From the NCBI GenBank assembly GCA_963702095.1, contig OY969706.1, positions 608,001 to 672,000 on the forward strand: DNA of 64,000 nucleotides, given 5' to 3'. A program made the translations under genes and the position numbers. This stretch comes from Candidatus Bathyarchaeota archaeon (GTDB lineage: Archaea > Thermoproteota > Bathyarchaeia > Bathyarchaeales > Bathycorpusculaceae). This document shows positions 41,675 to 51,080 of the stretch, piece by piece. The notes beneath the pieces were generated by a model that made no database searches, was not told where the DNA came from, and was given only the letters and a program-made list of their open reading frames with translations. The first letter of the stretch is position 1, and every line of letters begins with the position of its first letter.

Positions 41675-41682
41675 TTCACGTT

Positions 41683-41941
41683 TTATTTGTCATAAACTTT
41701 TTTGCGGTGCCCAATAGTTCGGATAATGATTTTATGCTCAGACACTTGGTAGATTACCCTATAATCGCCCGTTCGAAAAGACTTAAGCTCACTTAAACGT
41801 CCCACCAATTGTTTGCTAGCAAATGGCTTGTCTTCTAAAATTTCCAGTTCTCTTAGGATTCTGATTTGGGTTTGCCTATCGAGGCGCTTGAGCTTTTTTT
41901 AGGAATTCTTTGGTAAAGGTGAACTCAAAGCTCTTTTTCAT
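41683..41941 (-). pseudogene. relE: RelE/ParE-family toxin, frameshifted in an A7 run (41894-41900)
   Basis: Corrected read MKKSFEFTFTKEFLKKLKRLD...FRTGDYRVIY...IGHRKKVYDK; overlaps the antitoxin 3' end. Confidence 0.8.
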
Positions 41942-42155
41942 CGATGCTCAACTCTCGGAGCAATTCTTTGTAGCTAAGCACTCTATTTTCTTCAACATTT
42001 TTTTGGCTGGCTTGAATGCTCTTCATCAGTTTCTCATCACTTAAAATTTCCAGTGTCTCCTTGAGTTCCTCAACAACTATGCGTAGTTTAGGTAGTTCTT
42101 CCGCTATGACTTTGAGATTCCTTTTGTCTTCGTCTGTAAAAACCGCTTCAACCAT
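41925..42155 (-). CDS. Archaeal RelB-like antitoxin
   Basis: ETLEILSDEKLMKSI...ENRVLSYKEL pattern; directly upstream of the RelE-like gene. Confidence 0.75.
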   Translation of the reverse strand: MVEAVFTDEDKRNLKVIAEELPKLRIVVEELKETLEILSDEKLMKSIQASQKNVEENRVLSYKELLRELSIDEKEL

Positions 42156-42229
42156 CCTGACATCACCAGTTGCATCCCACTATTCTATTGTCTTTGGTAT
42201 TAAAAATTTCTCTAATAAACAAGGTTTTG

Positions 42230-42247
42230 TGGTGCTACGGGCAGGAT
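42230..42247. repeat. att core, left boundary: 18-bp direct repeat of the tRNA-Leu 3' end
   Basis: tggtgctacgggcaggat is identical to 56600-56617. Confidence 0.9.
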
Positions 42248-42438
42248 GCCCGACACCAGAAGCATTTTCGTACTGCCTCCTCCCCCTCTTTTTCTACGCA
42301 AACGGTTTCTTCACTTTCAAATTCTCTCTCGAAACAAGTATTCTACTGTATGGACTGCCTCTTTTGGTGTGGGCGCTGTATCGAGCCAATCCTAAAAGGG
42401 ACTAGAGCAGTCATTAATCGTATCGCTATTTCTGAAGC

Positions 42439-43437
42439 ATGTGGGCGGTTCTTGAAAGCGAAGAGAGATTGATTTTTTTGGGCCCCACGTCTGGAGATAG
42501 AAGTCAAAATATTTCGCGTTTAAAGTCAAAAGTCAAATTTGACTTCAATACCGTCCGCTCCCGCGTCATACCCATACTCAAAGGCATCGAAGTCAAAATG
42601 TACCCTGCCAAGATAGGACGAGTACGCGGATGGAAGCGCCAGCATGTAGCTTACTATGTTAAGAAGCTTGAAAAGGCAGGTCTAATCCGTCGCTTGAAAC
42701 GCAGTAACATCATTGATTACGAGTTAACTGAGCGAGGTCAAAATTTTCTCATATCCTGTGAGGGAGTCCTCTTTAGCAGCGGGGTGTTTCGGTTGCATCG
42801 ATGTTTCTTCAAGTATCCGGTGTTGCGTGAAGGAGTTTATCCATCGGGGGATTTTAAGCGGATTGAGATGCAGAATTGGACCGCTCTTTTGGGTTTAGAG
42901 CAAGGCGTCAAGGTGAGGCATACGACGACGTCTTGGATTGTTCATGTTGAGACTTTCTATGGTCGCAGTCCCGGAGAGCTGGTGACTTTAGCTAAGAATT
43001 TGGCTGACCGTGTCGCTCAGGGTTTAATGAGTAAGTATGGTTGTGTTTTGGGGCAGGGAACAATTAACAATCGTCATGAGTTAGGCATCGATGACCCAGT
43101 AGCCAATCTGTTAAACCGGTATTTTGAGGTGAGCACGCCTAAGCGGTTGATTGATGATAGCCCAGGAGAAGACGAGGGAGAACTGGATCATCTGGGTCGT
43201 GATGCTGCAGTCGAGTATTTGCTGATGCCTGAGCGGGTTAAGAAACTGGAAGGACAAGTAGAAACTGCGCTTGGCGATTTAGAGCGGATTTCAGGCAGTC
43301 TTGCAAAACTGGAGAAGATGGGTTGCGACTTGGCTAAGGTCGCGGACGCTTTAGGGCGACTTGTAGGCAATTTAGAGGGAGCTACCCAAGAGGCACCTCA
43401 AACTGGTGGAGAGGGAGGAAAAAGCTATGTGTCTTAG
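42439..43437 (+). CDS. wHTH-containing mobile-element protein, possible replication initiator (start may be ATG 42598)
   Basis: N-terminal wHTH (HVAYYVKKLEKAGLI...YELTERG), RLH and IDDSPG motifs, C-terminal coiled coil. Confidence 0.5.
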   Translation: MWAVLESEERLIFLGPTSGDRSQNISRLKSKVKFDFNTVRSRVIPILKGIEVKMYPAKIGRVRGWKRQHVAYYVKKLEKAGLIRRLKRSNIIDYELTERGQNFLISCEGVLFSSGVFRLHRCFFKYPVLREGVYPSGDFKRIEMQNWTALLGLEQGVKVRHTTTSWIVHVETFYGRSPGELVTLAKNLADRVAQGLMSKYGCVLGQGTINNRHELGIDDPVANLLNRYFEVSTPKRLIDDSPGEDEGELDHLGRDAAVEYLLMPERVKKLEGQVETALGDLERISGSLAKLEKMGCDLAKVADALGRLVGNLEGATQEAPQTGGEGGKSYVS

Positions 43438-43588
43438 CGTTAGTTTCAGTTTTTTGGCTGTTGAAACCTGTTCAAAAGCCATTTTAGTACATAGGCGAGG
43501 GTATGGGAAAAGTCCATGCTTTTTGGAAGTTGCTTTTCTACGGTTGCTTGGTGTATAGATGCCAGACTGTTAAAACTTGCCTGTCTGA

Positions 43589-44146
43589 ATGGAGCGAAAA
43601 CCTTGGAGTGTGCATTTTGACATGGAAGCAAGCGATGAACCTGTTCAAAACACGGCATTTTCAACCCAAAAAGCAGAGAAAAAGAAGCGCAGCCAAGACG
43701 ACAAGGTCGGGAAACTCAAATACCTACTTGCCAAGGACAAGAAACTCGACCGCGACGTCGCTGAGATAAAGCTGTTGCTCAGAGTTATCTTTGCTGGCTT
43801 GAAGGATACTTTGCATTTTGAGAAATCGCTTATCGAAGAAGCGGCCTGCTGCGATGAGGTCGACAAGGCAATTCTTCAGTTGCTGTTTGAAGCAGGCGCT
43901 TCTGGGCTGTTGCCTAAAGACATAGCCGCCAAATTGGTTGAGTTCAACATTACCCGACATCAAGTGACTCGACGGATTGTACGCATGAATAAGCGGCTGG
44001 CTAAAGAGTTGGATTCAGTGGTTGTTGAGCGGCGGGGTTGGTGCTGGGCTATGACAAACTTTGGCGTAGACGCTTACAACGCTTCAGAGAAAGACGTGCT
44101 AGCCGAAGGCGTAAACATACATAGTGCTTCTGAAGAGGAGACATAG
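43589..44146 (+). CDS. wHTH DNA-binding protein
   Basis: DEVDKAILQLL...LPKDIA...RHQVTRRI pattern. Confidence 0.6.
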   Translation: MERKPWSVHFDMEASDEPVQNTAFSTQKAEKKKRSQDDKVGKLKYLLAKDKKLDRDVAEIKLLLRVIFAGLKDTLHFEKSLIEEAACCDEVDKAILQLLFEAGASGLLPKDIAAKLVEFNITRHQVTRRIVRMNKRLAKELDSVVVERRGWCWAMTNFGVDAYNASEKDVLAEGVNIHSASEEET

Positions 44147-44149
44147 CTT

Positions 44150-44365
44150 ATGGCGTTGACTGAGCGTGAGAAAGCGATTTTGCGTTTGAAGGCAGAGGGG
44201 GTATCCGATTATAAAATTGCTAAGAAATTAAAGATAGAATCACCTAATGTATCTCGTTCTCGAAAGAAAGCTCTTAAAAAAATTAAGCGGGCTAAAGCTG
44301 ACTTAGAATTTATAGACACTCTAAAAACCAAATGTCCAACTGTTCTTCGGGATTATAATTTATAA
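44150..44365 (+). CDS. Small LuxR/sigma70-region-4-like HTH protein
   Basis: LTEREKAILRLKAEGVSDYKIAKKL. Confidence 0.75.
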   Translation: MALTEREKAILRLKAEGVSDYKIAKKLKIESPNVSRSRKKALKKIKRAKADLEFIDTLKTKCPTVLRDYNL

Positions 44366-44507
44366 GGAACTCGTGCATTTTGTCGGATTATTCTTGGGTT
44401 CATAATTAGTTGTTTATTTTGTCATTTGATTGCTCGTTCCTATTGTGGTATTGTGTGAAAATGAGGATTCCTCCAAGAATTTTAGCAGTTGTTTATCTCA
44501 TATGGTT

Positions 44508-44717
44508 TCAAGCATTTGCTTCCTTCTGTTGTATTAAGCCTCGTTTTAAAGCCAGAAAAACAAAAAACTGAGATAATGCTGCCACAGAAGCCGCTTCTAT
44601 CGCATTTAGTGTATTAATTCCAGTTATTGCACCACCGCCTAATGCGCTAAAAAAAGTTACACCGCTAATTATGATAGCGTCTATCAATGCATTCTCCCAA
44701 TCAAACTTTTTTTCCAT
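44508..44717 (-). CDS. Small two-TM membrane protein (holin-like)
   Basis: 69 aa from ATG 44717; two hydrophobic helices and a charged C-terminus; located in the provirus. Confidence 0.5.
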   Translation of the reverse strand: MEKKFDWENALIDAIIISGVTFFSALGGGAITGINTLNAIEAASVAALSQFFVFLALKRGLIQQKEANA

Positions 44718-45101
44718 CTCATTTATTTTGTTCGTGCAATAAATTATGAAGCCCTTTATTGTCAACGTTGCAGTTATTTTCTTTTTTGTCACTTCACCAT
44801 TTAGAGTGCATTTGGTCATGTGTTTCCCCCAATTAAACTACGGTATCTAGGTTAATGAGGAAACGGTATATTTGCCAAACCACTTCGAGAAGTAATTTTT
44901 CAGAGGCTATTTACGAAAACCACCGTTTGATTGATTTCTATTCAGCAAATTCCTAAAGTGGAAAAATGGCTAGTCATACAAACGGCAAATTGAACTGCCA
45001 ACGATAAGGCGATTATGGTCAGAGAGTAAATCGGTAAAAATTTAGATTCATAATACCTGGCAAAAACTCCAATCAAGCGCTACTCCCGTAAAATTCAAGA
45101 A

Positions 45102-45302
45102 ATGATTAATTATTTTTCCGCCAAAACTGGAGGTGAAACAATCAAGCCCAGAGAACTCATCTGCCCAGGATGTGGAACCCCTATTGCTCAAAGTAACTGT
45201 GAGAGCTGTAGAAAGAAGCGCATTCGTAGCTATAAATGCCTAAAATGTGGCTCCGAGGTCCCTAACCCAGAATATGGAACGATGAGGGCAAATAATTTTT
45301 AA
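45102..45302 (+). CDS. Small Zn-ribbon protein
   Basis: CPGC, CESC and CLKC motifs. Confidence 0.5.
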   Translation: MINYFSAKTGGETIKPRELICPGCGTPIAQSNCESCRKKRIRSYKCLKCGSEVPNPEYGTMRANNF

Positions 45303-45344
45303 GGTAAAATCTCCTTTTTTCTCAGTATCATATTTTTTAAGGTG

Positions 45345-46700
45345 TCAGCGTTTACGCCGCTTTCCTAAAATTATGCCTGTCAATACAAAAAGTAGTGCTA
45401 TGATGATCGTGGTGATGACAACAAAGCTGTCAATATGAAAGTTATCGGTAGCAGTCTTTGGATCTGTAGATCCTAAATTTATTGCATAAATGTTAATCTT
45501 GCTAATTAGCGGATAATGGTCAATGTTGTTTTCATTTATAGTGTAAGATGCGCTGCCTATTCCAGAGGTACTTGCTACTTGCGATTGTGGAGTGTAATCG
45601 CTCCAATAGTTACCAAAATAGCCATTATCCCAAGAAACAACATTGGTGCCGTTCCCAATTACTTGACCGTTGTAACTCTGGTTAACCATAAGCAGCAAAT
45701 TTGGGGGATATGCACTCTCTACAACTGCGTTTGCTGTATTATTGATTAAATTGTTATTGAATACACTATTTCCATTTCCGACCTCAGGCGCAAAGGGCCA
45801 TAGAAGGAAATTGCTTACTTTTACTCCAACACCATTATCCGTAATATTATTAGAGTATACATTGGAATCTCGGCAAAAATCGTTAAAGTTAATACCAAAA
45901 TCTCTATTTTTCTGGATTCGGTTTTCGAAAATCTTGAGATCACTAGCATTCGGTCCAATTAGTAGGCCGCCAAACTCACCTGCGTTTGTGCTAAATCCAT
46001 TGTTTGAAATCATATTCGCCTGAAGAATAATATCGTGGCAGCTTGAAAATTGAACACCAATATCACAATCTGTAATGGTATTACCTATAATTGAAGTATC
46101 AGACGAGCTAACAATTATTCCAAAAGAAGCTTGTCTAATCAAGTTACGTGCAATCGTATTGTTTGTTCCTTCATTAGTAGAAATGCCGGCTGACTTATTG
46201 GCTATAATAATATTATCCGTTATTTCTACTCCTGATGGGTTTACACCGTTATATTCACCATAATCCCAAAGCCCTATCTCCGTTCCAGCGTAACCCGTAA
46301 CTGTGAAGCCTGAGATAGTGACGTTATCGGAGACAACCCCAATTACCGCTTGGGCATCCCTGGCGTCTGCTCCGTGAATAATGGTGTTTTTGTTGTTTTC
46401 ACCGATCAGAGAGATAGGCTTGTTTATCAGAATAGCCACATCGCCTCCTGTTATGTAATCGACATTGTAAGTGCCAGAACGTACAAAGATCATATCGCAT
46501 GGTTTAGCGCTATCTATGGCGGATTGTATAGTTTTATACTGGTCAGGAACAATTAAAGCCCCGTCCGAAGGGCTGAACTCTCCATCTTCAGGGTTTGCAA
46601 AACATAATTTAACCTGTAAAAACAAAGATGACCCCAACAGACCAATAACGGTTAATATTAGAATATATTTACGCTTGTTCAGGTTGCGCTCACTTGTCAT
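45345..46700 (-). CDS. NosD/CASH-type parallel beta-helix surface protein (host-like cargo)
   Basis: VPDQYKTIQSAID, N.I..N..GI repeats, GNYWSDY, D.YPL, signal peptide and C-terminal TM. Confidence 0.85.
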   Translation of the reverse strand: MTSERNLNKRKYILILTVIGLLGSSLFLQVKLCFANPEDGEFSPSDGALIVPDQYKTIQSAIDSAKPCDMIFVRSGTYNVDYITGGDVAILINKPISLIGENNKNTIIHGADARDAQAVIGVVSDNVTISGFTVTGYAGTEIGLWDYGEYNGVNPSGVEITDNIIIANKSAGISTNEGTNNTIARNLIRQASFGIIVSSSDTSIIGNTITDCDIGVQFSSCHDIILQANMISNNGFSTNAGEFGGLLIGPNASDLKIFENRIQKNRDFGINFNDFCRDSNVYSNNITDNGVGVKVSNFLLWPFAPEVGNGNSVFNNNLINNTANAVVESAYPPNLLLMVNQSYNGQVIGNGTNVVSWDNGYFGNYWSDYTPQSQVASTSGIGSASYTINENNIDHYPLISKINIYAINLGSTDPKTATDNFHIDSFVVITTIIIALLFVLTGIILGKRRKR

Positions 46701-46946
46701 CTGTATGGTCTGGTAAAATAAAAAGTTTTACAAATTGGCAGGTCTGCAGGGAATTGTACGACTTACTGATTTTATATGTTAATATGGTCTCCCGCTTGTT
46801 AGACAAACATATCGTCCTGTTTTAACCTTGCCTAATAGTATTCACCTTCACCTAAAAGGTGTAAAACATGAAGAAATTCAATAATTTGAAAGAAACAAAT
46901 AGGCTCCAGCGAAGTTTAGACTTTAGACTTGGGGAGGACGTAACTT

Positions 46947-48509
46947 ATGTGTCCATATGATCATGCTGATACTTCTACGCATATCGATCAAATTCCGAAT
47001 TATCCTCCAGCAAAAACTTGGGACACAAACTTCCAATGCGATCCTCACAACACTGATGCCCAATCTATGGGGAATGTTGGAGTAACTTATTGGCGAAACC
47101 CACAATCCCTAGGACATGGAGTTAACATTACTGTACCGAAAGGAACAGGTGGAAATCCTGGTAGTTGCACAATAAGCTTTACTTGCACACAACCAAGAGG
47201 ATACTCGAATAAAGACGCCTGCCTGCTGTATTATGCTCCCATCGCAATCTCACCCGGCGACACCAACGATATTCGACTTAGCTTTCAATTAAACCTAGGA
47301 GTACAAAAAGATCTATGCTATATCAATGGGGCTGTTGGTCAAGGGGCGCAGCAATGCTATGACCTTGTCAATAACAATTATGACTATAATGATACAGGAC
47401 TAAACTGCATCGTCATTTACAACTATAGCCAACAGTGTGATGTTAGACTCATAGACTTTCAAGTTGTTAGAACTTATACAATGCAGAGACTTGCAGATAA
47501 CCCATGCTCAGAAGTTCCTCAGACGCCCGCTACCGGAACTCTAGATCAGTACCGTATTGATTATCCCTGCAACATAAATCAATGTGGAGGAAGAAGCTAT
47601 ACATTCCATTTCGATGGTTACCATGAAGGCGAATACTTAGCAAGCGGAAATTACTTTGAATGGTCATTCAACTGGGCTAAAGATTGGACCACACCACTTG
47701 GCGATGATCACAACTATATTGCTAAAGAAATATGCATGTTTAACTTCAATCAAATTAAAGCTACCAATGGCTCTACGGATGTTCACTTAAGGGCGTACCT
47801 TAATGGCGTCTCGGTCGGTGACTATTATATAAGCAAGCAGTATAACAACTGTTCATTCCCGAGCATTGATTTAGCAGATTTTGACGCCTATAATGACACT
47901 GGTTCAAACACTGTCAGACTCACAAACTTAGGCGACCGCCAAATTCAGATGTGCGACGGAGCTGGCATAAATATCTATCGAATCTATAGGACTGAGTGCA
48001 TTTCAATGCATTTGATTTCTCCAACAGCAGGTATGGGCGGTTCAATAGTTGCAACGCCTCAAAACATTTACAGGCAATATATCCCAGTGGCTTCAGGCGA
48101 TAATCAACAATTCCAGATAACAGCGAACTCAAACTATTTGATTTCAGATGTTGTGATTAATAGTAGTCAGCATTTAGGGGCTCAAAGCAGCCCTTACACG
48201 TACACATTCAACAACGTCACTGGAGACGGTTCAATTTCGGCAGAATTCGCTGCAAATCAGCCAACCCATAACTTAACTATCAATGCATTCCTTGACCCAA
48301 TATCAGATTACGTCAATGTAGGTGTCAGCGTTAACGGCCAGTATGTAGGAACAACTCCTGTAACAGTTTCAGTGCCCGAAGGGACTTCAACAGTTTACGT
48401 AGACTTCAACTATGGTTACTGGTGTTTCATACTCTTCAACAACAGCTATGCAATGGGTGATCCTATACCTGTCTACTCAGACGTAACATTAACAGCCCGA
48501 TACGCATAA
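46947..48509 (+). CDS. Cys-rich multidomain protein: N-terminal HxD motifs, two internal repeats, InlB-B-repeat-like and PEGA-like C-terminal domains
   Basis: HAD..HID start, YNDTG.N twice, YTYTFNNVTGDGSISAEF and VNGQYVGTTPVTV; no signal peptide. Confidence 0.7.
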   Translation: MCPYDHADTSTHIDQIPNYPPAKTWDTNFQCDPHNTDAQSMGNVGVTYWRNPQSLGHGVNITVPKGTGGNPGSCTISFTCTQPRGYSNKDACLLYYAPIAISPGDTNDIRLSFQLNLGVQKDLCYINGAVGQGAQQCYDLVNNNYDYNDTGLNCIVIYNYSQQCDVRLIDFQVVRTYTMQRLADNPCSEVPQTPATGTLDQYRIDYPCNINQCGGRSYTFHFDGYHEGEYLASGNYFEWSFNWAKDWTTPLGDDHNYIAKEICMFNFNQIKATNGSTDVHLRAYLNGVSVGDYYISKQYNNCSFPSIDLADFDAYNDTGSNTVRLTNLGDRQIQMCDGAGINIYRIYRTECISMHLISPTAGMGGSIVATPQNIYRQYIPVASGDNQQFQITANSNYLISDVVINSSQHLGAQSSPYTYTFNNVTGDGSISAEFAANQPTHNLTINAFLDPISDYVNVGVSVNGQYVGTTPVTVSVPEGTSTVYVDFNYGYWCFILFNNSYAMGDPIPVYSDVTLTARYA

Positions 48510-48520
48510 TCAACAAAAAG

Positions 48521-48709
48521 GTGAATAATATGTCTGAAATAAGCGAATTAACACAGAAGTTGCAGCCAGCACAACAAATCAAAACAAAGTTAATCGTCAA
48601 CGAAATGATAGTTCAAGTGGATTCCGTCGTAAAAAAACTGATCTCGCAGAATGCGGCCCTAAGAAAGGAAAACGCTGATCTAAAGGCTCAACAAGCAACA
48701 ACGATATAA
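48521..48709 (+). CDS. Small coiled-coil protein
   Basis: LISQNAALRKENADLKAQ heptads; tightly follows 48509. Confidence 0.55.
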   Translation: MNNMSEISELTQKLQPAQQIKTKLIVNEMIVQVDSVVKKLISQNAALRKENADLKAQQATTI

Positions 48710-48857
48710 ACGAAAAAACCTCTTTCTTTCCCTATTTTTTTACTTATATTAAATCAAACATTTACTCCAAATAGCAAATAGTGTTTCGGAAACCTATCGT
48801 TTGGCTTAATGCCCCAAACAAGCGTCTTTAGAACATGGAGGAATAAAAATAACTACA

Positions 48858-50090
48858 TTGATTCTACCAAGTATCGCGTGCAACCTAAGATGTAGCTATT
48901 GTTTCGGTCATAATCATTATTGGAACACCGCACAAAAATATGATCTTCAATCCATCTTAGATTCCATGGAACAGCTAAAACAACAATCAAGTGATGAAAC
49001 TTTTTCATTGCATGGCGGTGAATGCACTTTGGTACCTCGAGAAGACTTTGAAGTTTTACTTAGGAAAATGGTTGATCTTCAGGGATATTCCTCTTTGCAA
49101 ACGAATTGTTATCAGTTGGATGAGGACTTAATTAGGATGTTTATAAAGTACCGCACTTCAGTGGGTATAAGCATCGATGGAAATGGACCTTTAAATTCAT
49201 TGAGAGGCTTCCCTCGAAATCGAAAAGTAAACAGAAATTACACTAATCAAGTGATTAATAACATAAGCAGGCTTCGTCAGGCAGGCATATCAGTAGGTAT
49301 ACTTACAATATTGAGTAAAGTCAATGCTGGTTCTAATTGCAAACTCATGGCGCTTCTTCGTTTTATTCTTATGTTGAGAAACCACGGCGTCAAAGATGGC
49401 CGGCTAAATTTTATGTGGAGCAACCTGCCCGACGTAAGAAAGATTGAATTAACACCCGAAGAGGCGTCACAAGCTTGGATATACCTTTACCAACATATGA
49501 AAGAATACGATGATCTTCACTGGCAACCTTTCAGAGAGTTTAGCGACAGCTTGCTTGGATTTGGGAATTCAAGTTGTTCCTATGGACAATGTGACTATTT
49601 TTGCACTCAAACCAAACTTATCTTGCCTGATGGTATAGTCGCTAACTGTGATCGAACGCACCAAGAGGACTCTTTCTATACAAGGGCACAACTGTCCTAT
49701 GAAAGATATGACATTCTAAAACAGACCGACTGTTACCATTGCAGATTTTGGGATGTTTGCTATGGAGGATGCCCTGCTGAAGGAGCAGAAGGGGATTGGC
49801 GGAATAAAACAAGATGGTGTAAGCCCATTTATGATTTATACTTACAAATTGAAAATCAACTGAAAAGCACTTTTCCCAATGTTAAACTCATGTCTCATTA
49901 TGCTGGTTCAGAAGATTATTTCCACACCTTCAGCCAAGGGATAAAAAACGATCCTTTTAGGTGTATGTCATGGAAAACCGCTAAAAACCCGTCTTCTTGG
50001 AAGGCGGTTCAGTTATATGACCAACAAGAAAGACAAAACCAAACAAGTATAGTCCCTTTACCAAGCGATCATAATAAAATAACCAATTAA
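48858..50090 (+). CDS. Radical SAM/SPASM-domain maturase-like enzyme
   Basis: CNLRCSYC, HGGE, LQTN, ISIDG; SPASM-like C..C.FW.VC.GGCP plus CSYGQC..FC. Confidence 0.9.
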   Translation: MILPSIACNLRCSYCFGHNHYWNTAQKYDLQSILDSMEQLKQQSSDETFSLHGGECTLVPREDFEVLLRKMVDLQGYSSLQTNCYQLDEDLIRMFIKYRTSVGISIDGNGPLNSLRGFPRNRKVNRNYTNQVINNISRLRQAGISVGILTILSKVNAGSNCKLMALLRFILMLRNHGVKDGRLNFMWSNLPDVRKIELTPEEASQAWIYLYQHMKEYDDLHWQPFREFSDSLLGFGNSSCSYGQCDYFCTQTKLILPDGIVANCDRTHQEDSFYTRAQLSYERYDILKQTDCYHCRFWDVCYGGCPAEGAEGDWRNKTRWCKPIYDLYLQIENQLKSTFPNVKLMSHYAGSEDYFHTFSQGIKNDPFRCMSWKTAKNPSSWKAVQLYDQQERQNQTSIVPLPSDHNKITN

Positions 50091-50103
50091 AAGAGGAATC
50101 AAT

Positions 50104-50904
50104 GTGAAAGAAATCAACCCCTTCATAAAAATTTCTTGGAGCTCAGAGGAAACTAGAAGAAAATGGGCTTCGTATTTGCCTTCTATTGCTAAAATAACCG
50201 CTAATTCAGAATACGCGCTGGTGAAAAAGGGAATAAGAGCCGCTAACATATTTTGTATGCATCCACAAAGTTTTGACAGAGAAATCGAAAAGATAACAAT
50301 GGATGGCCTTGTCTTTCTGCCCATGCTTAGAAGTAAGTCATACGTAGGATTCAGTCATAAGCACAATCCTGTTAAGGCGATAGATTCCAACGCTCTAATA
50401 TACGGTGTCATTGCAAGAAAGCTTGAAACAGCACAAAATTTCGTAAATCTTTCAAATGAAAATAACCATATAGCAATTGGTCAACTGCTAGGTTATCCTA
50501 ATTGCTGCTCAGAAGCCTTTCAGCAATACTGGGGAAATAGAGAAATATTCGACCCATGCTACGAAATAGCTCAATGCACTCCTGGCGCTATTACTAGCGG
50601 CACATGTGTGCACGTGGGTGTCAATCCGTTAATTAATCCGCTTTTAAGGTATTTTGGAATTAAGGTTATTCCATTCTTTCCATGCAGCTATGAATGCCCT
50701 CAGGCTGTAAAGATCGCTGAAGTTTGGTTTAATGAGCTGAAATCCCTTGATGTCGAAATTGCCAGTGTAATAAAAAAATTCATGGAACAATCGATGACTT
50801 GGAGTCTGAACAAAGGGATTATTTTCGTAAAAAATCCTATTTTCAGAGGTGTGGTAAATGGTTATGAGTGTAAAATTAAAAAGGAAATCTTTGCAAACTG
50901 TTAG
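50104..50904 (+). CDS. DUF483-like Cys-motif protein, partner of the radical SAM enzyme
   Basis: IGQLLGYPNCC and FFPCSYEC motifs; 13 bp downstream of the rSAM gene. Confidence 0.7.
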   Translation: MKEINPFIKISWSSEETRRKWASYLPSIAKITANSEYALVKKGIRAANIFCMHPQSFDREIEKITMDGLVFLPMLRSKSYVGFSHKHNPVKAIDSNALIYGVIARKLETAQNFVNLSNENNHIAIGQLLGYPNCCSEAFQQYWGNREIFDPCYEIAQCTPGAITSGTCVHVGVNPLINPLLRYFGIKVIPFFPCSYECPQAVKIAEVWFNELKSLDVEIASVIKKFMEQSMTWSLNKGIIFVKNPIFRGVVNGYECKIKKEIFANC

Positions 50905-51080
50905 AATTTCCCAAAAAAACAAAAGCAGTTATGCGTCTGGCTATCAAAAAATAACCCTGATAATCTCCCAAAGCTATTTCTCGTAAGTATGCTGAAAGAT
51001 TGTATGAACTTGATCCAATTTGACAATTTAATAACAAAAAAGCCGTTTTAATTGGGGAGTTAGTTATATGGGGGGTCAAA

